A stretch of DNA of 64,000 nt from Longimicrobiales bacterium (GTDB lineage: Bacteria > Gemmatimonadota > Gemmatimonadetes > Longimicrobiales > Gaopeijiaceae): contig OZ220732.1 of NCBI GenBank assembly GCA_965116905.1, forward strand, positions 96,001 to 160,000, written 5' to 3'. Below the pieces are notes generated by a model. It made no database searches, was not told where the DNA came from, and saw only the letters and a program-made list of their open reading frames with translations. Positions 57,647 through 64,000 of this stretch are shown here, piece after piece. A program made the position numbers and the translations under genes. Position 1 is the stretch's first letter; every line of letters starts with the position of its first letter.

Positions 57647-58042
57647 CTAACGCGAGCGGTTGGCGGTCACCGTCCCACGGCGCGTGCCCAGGACCCAGTT
57701 TCCGGAAAGAAACGACTCGTCGCCCGCCAGCCTCAGCACCAGCCTGCCGGACTCGACGGTCGCTGTCACGATCACCAGGTTCACACCCACTTCCACCCCG
57801 ACGATGCGCGCCGTCATGCGTCCGGCCACCAACGCGCCCCGGTACGCCCCCGGTTCCCCCTCGATCGTCATCGTTCCTTCCGAGACCAGACTCTCGGACG
57901 ACAGGGTTACTTCGTATTCGCCCAGCGGATCGAGGGTCGCCTCGCCGACAACCGGAGCGTGAGCGCAACCCCACAGAAGCACGGCCGCGACCGTACCGAG
58001 GCGGAATCCCGTCGCCCCGCTGGTGCCAACCTTCCGGCTCAG
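57647..58042 (-). CDS. Small hypothetical lipoprotein, possible CTG start
   Basis: LWGC lipobox; the first canonical start (57982) leaves no signal peptide, while an in-frame CTG at 58042 overlaps the upstream TGA. Confidence 0.55.
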   Translation of the reverse strand: MSRKVGTSGATGFRLGTVAAVLLWGCAHAPVVGEATLDPLGEYEVTLSSESLVSEGTMTIEGEPGAYRGALVAGRMTARIVGVEVGVNLVIVTATVESGRLVLRLAGDESFLSGNWVLGTRRGTVTANRSR

Positions 58043-58305
58043 CCGGAGAACGCGGTCACGGCAATCCAGTCCGCTACCGTCCGAATCCCGGTGATCACGC
58101 CCTCACCCACCGCCACAAGCATGTCTCCCGCCATCGTCTTGTCGAGCAGACCCAGCCAAACGGCCACGGCCATGAGGATGGCCGCCGGCACGAGGACCCG
58201 CAACGCGATGCGCGCGAACTCCTTGAAGATCATCCAGGTCACCGCGAGCAGCAGCACGAAGACCACCAGCTCGCCGACCAGCGCAGGAGCAACGACTTCT
58301 GACAC
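58039..58305 (-). CDS. Small membrane protein
   Basis: 88 aa with two hydrophobic helices. Confidence 0.65.
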   Translation of the reverse strand: MSEVVAPALVGELVVFVLLLAVTWMIFKEFARIALRVLVPAAILMAVAVWLGLLDKTMAGDMLVAVGEGVITGIRTVADWIAVTAFSG

Positions 58306-58350
58306 CTAGCAGTCCGTGGATAGAAGGAGCACCACTCAATATACAACGAA

Positions 58351-58385
58351 GAGGAGGCGGCCCCGGTTTCCGAAGCCGCCTCCTC
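58351..58385 (-). terminator. Intrinsic terminator after the HU gene
   Basis: GAGGAGGCGGC...GCCGCCTCCTC stem followed by TTCGTTGT on the minus strand. Confidence 0.75.
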
Positions 58386-58426
58386 ATCGGCGCCACAGTT
58401 CTCCGGCGCCGCTGTTTGTCGGAGCC

Positions 58427-58711
58427 CTACGAAATCCTGTCCTTGAGGCCCTTGGCGGCCTTGAACGCGGGATACCTCTTCGCAGCGATGGTAATGCTCT
58501 CGCCCGTGCGCGGGTTGCGGCCGCTGCGGGCCCCTCGATGACGGGCCTCAAAGGTCCCGAACCCTCCGATCGAGACCTTTCCTCCGGCGTCGAGTTCGTC
58601 GGCAACGACGCCGAGGACGGGGTCGAACACGTGGTCCAGGACCTCCGCGGCTTTCGCCTGGGTCAAACCAGACTTTGCGGCGACCTTCCTGGCCATCTCG
58701 GACTTGTTCAT
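58427..58711 (-). CDS. hup: HU family DNA-binding protein
   Basis: AAAGGAG RBS; MNKSEM, GFGTFE, RSGRNPRTGESITIAA, PAFKA. Confidence 0.95.
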   Translation of the reverse strand: MNKSEMARKVAAKSGLTQAKAAEVLDHVFDPVLGVVADELDAGGKVSIGGFGTFEARHRGARSGRNPRTGESITIAAKRYPAFKAAKGLKDRIS

Positions 58712-58947
58712 CTGCTCTTGCTCCTTTGGGGGGTTTGCCTTCACCCGCGCTTGTCGCGGGATTCGGACCGATGCGACGCACCGACGAGCGCGTCGTGCTT
58801 CTGTTACACTACCATCCTGCCCTGTGCCAAAAACTCTCCATTCGGTTGATCCCCTGAAGAGTTCCCGCGTATCACTGTGACGGAAAACGCCTCGGAATGG
58901 AAGGGGCCAGCCGGGATCGCCGAGTAACGTCCAACCGTGAGATCATC

Positions 58948-59991
58948 ATGAAAGCTGCGATCTATCGGGAATACCGAGGTCCGATCACCGTCGAAACCCT
59001 GCCCGATCCCGTGCCGCAGCCGGACGGGGTCGTGCTGCGCGTTGCAGCCAACGGAATCTGCAGGAGCGACTGGCACGGGTGGGTGGGACATGATCCGGAC
59101 ATCGTCCTGCCGCACGTGCCAGGGCACGAGATCGCCGGGGTGGTCGAAGAGGTCGGGAAGGAGGTCAGGCGGTGGAAGGCGGGTGACCGCGTTTCGGTAC
59201 CGTTCATTGCCGGGTGCGGGCGGTGCAGGCCATGCCGGACAGGCAACCAGCAGGTCTGTGACCGCCAGTTCCAGCCGGGATTCCACGGTTGGGGCGGGTT
59301 CGCCGAGAGGGTGGCGCTGAGGCATGCGGACCTCACCCTGGCCGCGCTCCCCGACGCGGTCGACCCTGTCGACGCAGCGAGTCTGGGCTGCCGGTTCGCG
59401 ACTTCGTTCCGGGCGGTGCAGGCCCAGGGACGCGTGACGGGGGGCGACTGGGTCGCCGTGCACGGGTGCGGCGGGGTCGGGCTGGCCGCGGTGATGATCG
59501 CGGCGAGCCTCGGGGCCCGCGTGGTCGCGGTGGACATCCGCGACGAAGCCCTCGCGATGGCACGCAGCGTGGGCGCGGCCGAGGTCATCAACGCCTCCCG
59601 GTCCGCCGACCCGGTCGAGGAAGTCCGCGAGGTCACCGGCGGCGGCGCCCACGTGTCGATGGACGCCCTCGGTCACACCGACACCTGCTTCAATTCGGTG
59701 GCGTGTCTGCGCAAGCGGGGACGCCACGTGCAGGTGGGTCTCATGACGGCCGAGCACCGGCACGCGGGCATCCCGTGGGATCTGGTGATCGCGTGGGAGC
59801 TGGAGATGGTGGGCAGCCACGGGCTGCAGGCGCACGAGTACGACCGCATCCTGCGCATGGTCGCGTCTGGCTCGGTGGAGCCGGCGAAGCTCGTCACGCA
59901 GACCGTCTCCCTCGAGGAAGGCGTGGACGTCCTGACCGGCATGGACGAATACAACGTGCTGGGTGTCGTCGTCATCGACCGGTTCGCGTAG
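58948..59991 (+). CDS. Zinc-dependent alcohol dehydrogenase family protein
   Basis: GICRSDWH, GHE, CGRCRPC...C, GCGGVG. Confidence 0.93.
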   Translation: MKAAIYREYRGPITVETLPDPVPQPDGVVLRVAANGICRSDWHGWVGHDPDIVLPHVPGHEIAGVVEEVGKEVRRWKAGDRVSVPFIAGCGRCRPCRTGNQQVCDRQFQPGFHGWGGFAERVALRHADLTLAALPDAVDPVDAASLGCRFATSFRAVQAQGRVTGGDWVAVHGCGGVGLAAVMIAASLGARVVAVDIRDEALAMARSVGAAEVINASRSADPVEEVREVTGGGAHVSMDALGHTDTCFNSVACLRKRGRHVQVGLMTAEHRHAGIPWDLVIAWELEMVGSHGLQAHEYDRILRMVASGSVEPAKLVTQTVSLEEGVDVLTGMDEYNVLGVVVIDRFA

Positions 59992-62560
59992 CGGGACTGC
60001 CAGCGCGACTGCCGGGACTCCCGGGACTGCCGGCGGAACTCCAACCGGTCCAGTCGCGAACCCAGTCGCCGATCCAGTCCATCCCGGGCGAACCGATCGG
60101 CGCTCCGGGCGGCGCGTTCGGCGTCGCCACCGGCGTCCAGGGCGCATAGGGACGATCCTCGAAGCGCTGGATGTCCCGGGCCAGAAGCGCGAAGTGGGCG
60201 CCCTGCGCGCCGTCGTCCGAAGCCAGGCTGGCGGCCATCGACCCCAGTTGGCCGAGGTGCCGGGCCGCGACCGCTCGCACCTGCGACATCGGCGCCCCGT
60301 CGGCGAGCCGCATCAGTCCGTCCGCGACCACCCGCCCCACCGCCCTGCGCACCTCCGCCTCGTACGGCCCGTCGGCACCGTTCGGCTCGCCGACCTCCAC
60401 CAGGGCGGCGATCACGTCGCCCAGCCCCGGAAGCGATGCGTCGAGAAGACGCTGCTCCAGCAACCGCGCCGCGCGGCTCGGATTCAACACCGCGTCCACC
60501 ACATGCGCCGCGGCGACGACGGCCGGCGAGACCGCGTCGAACATCGGCCCCGTGTAGCGCGGGAAGAGCTCGCGCGTCCGTCCGTACCCCGACGGCCGGG
60601 GCGGCAGCTCCGCCAGGACGCTCTCGGGAATGGTCAGTTCGGCGGGCTGCAGCGCGCGCACGAGCGCGTCCAGGGCCCGGCTCTGCTCCGCGGCCGAGGC
60701 CGGCCGTACCGGGTCGAGTCCGTCGCCGCGGACCGCATACGTGTAGTGCATTCCCCCGAGCACCGACGCGGCAGCGGTCACCTGGTAGCGGTGGTGCAGA
60801 TACAGCGGGACGAGCGCCTCCTCCATCTCCGCCATGGGACGCCCCGCACGAATCACCCGCTCGCCGAAGCGGTCGAGGGCGGCGCGCCGGACATCGAGCA
60901 TGCGGTCCAGCTCGGCCCCCGCGTCCGTCCCGTTCGACCATTGATCGGCCCGCGCGTGCGCCGAGACGTCCTGGTTCGTGAAGAAGCGGACGTCCTCGTC
61001 CCAGGCCTCGTTCAGGATCCGCTCCAGTTCGGCCGCTTCGTCCGTGCCGGGCGCGAAGACCTCGTAGCCGTACCGGATCGCGACCTTGTCCCACTCGCCG
61101 ATGTCCGTGTCGTACACCTCGTCGTAGTCGAATCCGTCCCCGTCCAGGGTGATGAGCGGGTGCGGGTAGTCCAGCACCGAGATCCTGCCCGCCTCGCTGT
61201 CGTAGTAGTTGTGCGACAGCCCCAGCGTGTGCCCGACCTCGTGGGCCGAAAGCTGGCGGATCCGGGCCAGCGCCCACTCCGCGACGTGGTCGGCGGGCTC
61301 GTCGCCGTTTTCGTACGGTGCCAGCAGACCCTCGGCGATGAGGTAGTCCTGGCGCACGCGCAGCGAGCCGAGGGTCACGTTGCCCTTGAGGATCTCGCCG
61401 GTGCGCGGGTCGGTAATCGAACCACCGGTGCTCCACCCCCGCGTGGAGCGGTGCACCCAGTTGATCACGTTGTAGCGGACGTCGTGACTGCTCACGTCCT
61501 CGGGCCTCAGTTCGACCCGGAAGGCGTCGATGAAGCCGGCGGCCTCGAAGGCCTGATTCCACCACCGGGCCCCGTCCAGCAGCGCCGAACGGACAGGTTC
61601 CGGGGTCCCGGGATCCAGGTAGTACACGATGGGCTCCACGGGCTCGCTCATCGCCGCGGACGGGTCCCTCTTCTCCAGCCTGTGTCTGCGGATGAAGCGC
61701 TTCGTCATCGGCTCGCCGAGGGGCGTCGAGTAGTCCTGGAAGGAAAGTCCTCCATACCCGGCGCGCGGATCGTGGGCACGCGGCGTGTATTCCCCCAGCT
61801 CCGGGAGCCTGATGAAGGAGTGATGCATCCGGATCGTCGCCGCCGCCCCGGAAGCCGCCACGTTGCCGACCCCCTCGAACCCGCCGCCTCCGCCTCCGAA
61901 TCCGCCGAATCCCCCACCCCCGCCCCCCTGACGCACGAAGGTCAGCGAAGCCTCCATCTCGGTGTTTTCGGGGAAGTTCATGACCATGGGCAGGTACACC
62001 GCGCTGCGGCTCGCGTCCAGCCGGTAGGTCCCCGGCCGCATCCGTCCGGCGAAGCCCGCGATGTCCTGGAGCAGGAACGGCGTGAAGTCCACCAGCGCGC
62101 GGCCGTCGGTCTCCGCCCCCACCGTGAACCCCCACAGGGTCGATGGCGCGAAGGCATCCTCCACGGCCTTGCGCTCGGCCGCGTTGTCGCTCGATGCGCG
62201 GAACCGGTGGTTGGGCTGGATCATCAGCACCTTGGGCCCCACCCGGTGGAAGCGCACCACCCGCGATCCCGCGAGCTGTCCGCGGTCGATGCCGATGTCG
62301 TTGGACCCGAGTCCGGCACCGATCCCGGAGGCGTGAAGCACATCCGTGTCCCACCGGTCGATCTCGAGCCAGATCCTGCCCGTCGAAGCCTCCCAGTAGA
62401 GCGGCATGAAGCCGTCCATCAGATCCATCGAGGCGGTCTTCTCCTCGATCGTCGGCACCCCTCCGCCGGTCTGCGCCTCCGCTTGTCCCGAAACCGGCGC
62501 CTGTGCCAGGGCCACAAATAGTGTCACGGCCGCGGCGCGGCCCACGCGAATGCTCGTCAT
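59972..62560 (-). CDS. Secreted zinc metalloprotease (DUF5117/DUF4953, EcxA-like)
   Basis: Signal peptide; PIVYYLDPGTPEP, DPRTGEILKG, HEVGHTLGLSHN, SVLDYP Met-turn region. Confidence 0.9.
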   Translation of the reverse strand: MTSIRVGRAAAVTLFVALAQAPVSGQAEAQTGGGVPTIEEKTASMDLMDGFMPLYWEASTGRIWLEIDRWDTDVLHASGIGAGLGSNDIGIDRGQLAGSRVVRFHRVGPKVLMIQPNHRFRASSDNAAERKAVEDAFAPSTLWGFTVGAETDGRALVDFTPFLLQDIAGFAGRMRPGTYRLDASRSAVYLPMVMNFPENTEMEASLTFVRQGGGGGGFGGFGGGGGGFEGVGNVAASGAAATIRMHHSFIRLPELGEYTPRAHDPRAGYGGLSFQDYSTPLGEPMTKRFIRRHRLEKRDPSAAMSEPVEPIVYYLDPGTPEPVRSALLDGARWWNQAFEAAGFIDAFRVELRPEDVSSHDVRYNVINWVHRSTRGWSTGGSITDPRTGEILKGNVTLGSLRVRQDYLIAEGLLAPYENGDEPADHVAEWALARIRQLSAHEVGHTLGLSHNYYDSEAGRISVLDYPHPLITLDGDGFDYDEVYDTDIGEWDKVAIRYGYEVFAPGTDEAAELERILNEAWDEDVRFFTNQDVSAHARADQWSNGTDAGAELDRMLDVRRAALDRFGERVIRAGRPMAEMEEALVPLYLHHRYQVTAAASVLGGMHYTYAVRGDGLDPVRPASAAEQSRALDALVRALQPAELTIPESVLAELPPRPSGYGRTRELFPRYTGPMFDAVSPAVVAAAHVVDAVLNPSRAARLLEQRLLDASLPGLGDVIAALVEVGEPNGADGPYEAEVRRAVGRVVADGLMRLADGAPMSQVRAVAARHLGQLGSMAASLASDDGAQGAHFALLARDIQRFEDRPYAPWTPVATPNAPPGAPIGSPGMDWIGDWVRDWTGWSSAGSPGSPGSRAGSPATRTGR

Positions 62561-62588
62561 CGTACTGTCCTCCAGGGTTGAACTGCCG

Positions 62589-63761
62589 TTATCCGTTGCC
62601 GGTGCTCCTGCGAAGCTGGGCGCCCACCGCCTCCGCCACCAGCTTCATCTCCGCGGCCGTGTTGTACAGGTGGGGCGAGACCCGGATGCGGCCCCTCCGC
62701 AGGGACACCACGACCCCCGCTTCAGCCAGCCCCTGCTCCAGACTCTCTCCGTCGAGATCCGGGTGGCGGAAGGTGAGGATGTGCCGGCGCTGGCCCGGGT
62801 CGGGCGCGGTGACGCACCCCAGGGCCTCGAGCCGCTCGGCAAGGTCGTCGATCAGCCCGCCGACGTGCGCCGCGATCGCGTCGATCCCCGCCTCCTCGAG
62901 CAGCTCCAGCGTCGCCAGAAAGCCCGCGATCAGCGGGTATGCCAGGCTCCCTTCCTCGAAACGGCCGGCATCCGGGAGCAGCTCGTAGTGCACGCGGTCG
63001 AAGTTGAACGCATCGGTGGTGCTCCTCCACCCGATCAGGGGCGGATGGACGTGGCCCACGAGCGAGCGGTCCACGAAGACGGCCCCGATCCCCATCATGC
63101 CGAGCATCCACTTGTGGCTGTCTGCCGACAGAAAGCGAACACCGTCCTTCCTTACGTCGGTCGGAAGCGCGCCCACGGTCTGGATGCCGTCCACGCACAG
63201 CAGCACGTCCCGTTCGCGGCACAGTTCGCCGAGCCCGGCCAGGTCGGTGACCGCGCCGGTCGCGTACTGGGCCGAACTGACCGCCAGCACCCGGGTCGCC
63301 GGTTTCAGGGCGCGGGCCGCCGCTTCCACGGTCACCGTGCCCGCCTCGTCGGCGGGAACGACGTCCAGCGACGCGATTCCGCGCCGGTCCAGATCGATCC
63401 ACGGGTAGACGTTGGACGGGTACTCGACCGAGGCCGCCGCCGCGACGCGGTCGCCGGGACGCCAATCCAGCCCGGCCGCGAGAAGGGAGAGGCCGTGTGA
63501 GGTGTTGCGCACGAACGCGACTTCGTCGGCCTCGCAGCCGACCAGACGGGCGAAGCGTTCGCGGCACGACTGCGCCAGCGACTCCCAGTCGTCGAACGAC
63601 GGCCGGCCCATCCGTGCCATGGCGTCCATGAAGCCGTGCACCGCCTCGACGACGCGCGTCGAAGTCGGCGAAACACCCGCGTGGTTGAGGAAGATGTGGG
63701 TGCGCGATACCGGGAACTCGTCCCGATACGATTGCGGGAGGGTTCGTGGGGGAGTGTTCAT
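62589..63761 (-). CDS. Class V PLP-dependent aminotransferase-fold enzyme
   Basis: FLNHAGVSP, NTSHGL, VDGIQTVG, DSHKWMLG, IRVSPHLYN. Confidence 0.9.
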   Translation of the reverse strand: MNTPPRTLPQSYRDEFPVSRTHIFLNHAGVSPTSTRVVEAVHGFMDAMARMGRPSFDDWESLAQSCRERFARLVGCEADEVAFVRNTSHGLSLLAAGLDWRPGDRVAAAASVEYPSNVYPWIDLDRRGIASLDVVPADEAGTVTVEAAARALKPATRVLAVSSAQYATGAVTDLAGLGELCRERDVLLCVDGIQTVGALPTDVRKDGVRFLSADSHKWMLGMMGIGAVFVDRSLVGHVHPPLIGWRSTTDAFNFDRVHYELLPDAGRFEEGSLAYPLIAGFLATLELLEEAGIDAIAAHVGGLIDDLAERLEALGCVTAPDPGQRRHILTFRHPDLDGESLEQGLAEAGVVVSLRRGRIRVSPHLYNTAAEMKLVAEAVGAQLRRSTGNG

Positions 63762-63789
63762 GGGAGAGTCATGGGGGAGTGTTCATGGG
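63747..63789. repeat. 18-bp direct repeat duplicating the start-codon region
   Basis: TGGGGGAGTGTTCATGGG at 63747-63764 and 63772-63789. Confidence 0.85.
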
Positions 63790-64000
63790 TTGTTTCGCCT
63801 CCGGACAGCTTCGCGGTAGACCTCCAGGTTGCCGTCCACCATCGCGTCCACCGAGAAGCGGCTTTCGACTCGTTCCCGGGCGCGTCTTCCCATCGCCCGT
63901 GCGGCCTCGGGGTCGGCGAGTACCGACGCGAGCGCCGTGGCGAGCGCGCTGGCGTCTCCAGGGGGACAGAGCAGCCCCGTGCGCCCCTCCTCGATGATCT
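63783..64000 (-). CDS. Glycosyltransferase family 4, C-terminal end (5' part outside the window)
   Basis: Manual translation: IIEEGRTGLLCPPGDASALATAL...MGRRARERVESRFSVDAMVDGNLEVY...NNP*. Confidence 0.85.
   Translation of the reverse strand, partial: IIEEGRTGLLCPPGDASALATALASVLADPEAARAMGRRARERVESRFSVDAMVDGNLEVYREAVRRRNNP

Overview
High-GC bacterial chromosomal window with about 50 CDSs. The gene content (several TonB-dependent receptors, DUF5916, GldF/G-type ABC system, LVIVD protein, Sel1/TPR lipoproteins, EcxA-like protease) suggests Gemmatimonadota or a similar diderm; this is inference only. No rRNA, tRNA, CRISPR array, integrase or transposase was recognised. The most unusual element is a tightly linked four-gene membrane operon at 738-5689: a 4-TM coiled-coil protein, a membrane-anchored vWA-like protein, a MotA/ExbB/ZorA-like channel subunit with a long helical tail, and a MotB/ZorB-like partner with Glu at the usual Asp position and a non-OmpA C-terminal domain. 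It resembles a Zorya- or stator-like ion-driven machine with partners I do not recognise from described systems. Other highlights are a nurA-herA-sbcD(mre11)-sbcC(rad50) operon abutting a truncated gene, an orphan reductive-dehalogenase-like gene, a Tat-exported aminotransferase operon with duplicated TonB receptors, several solo toxin/ATPase cassettes with their own palindromic operators, a sigma54 promoter with a candidate upstream activator site, and a chain of three ATGA stop-start overlaps. All product calls come from motif recognition by eye, not database searches.
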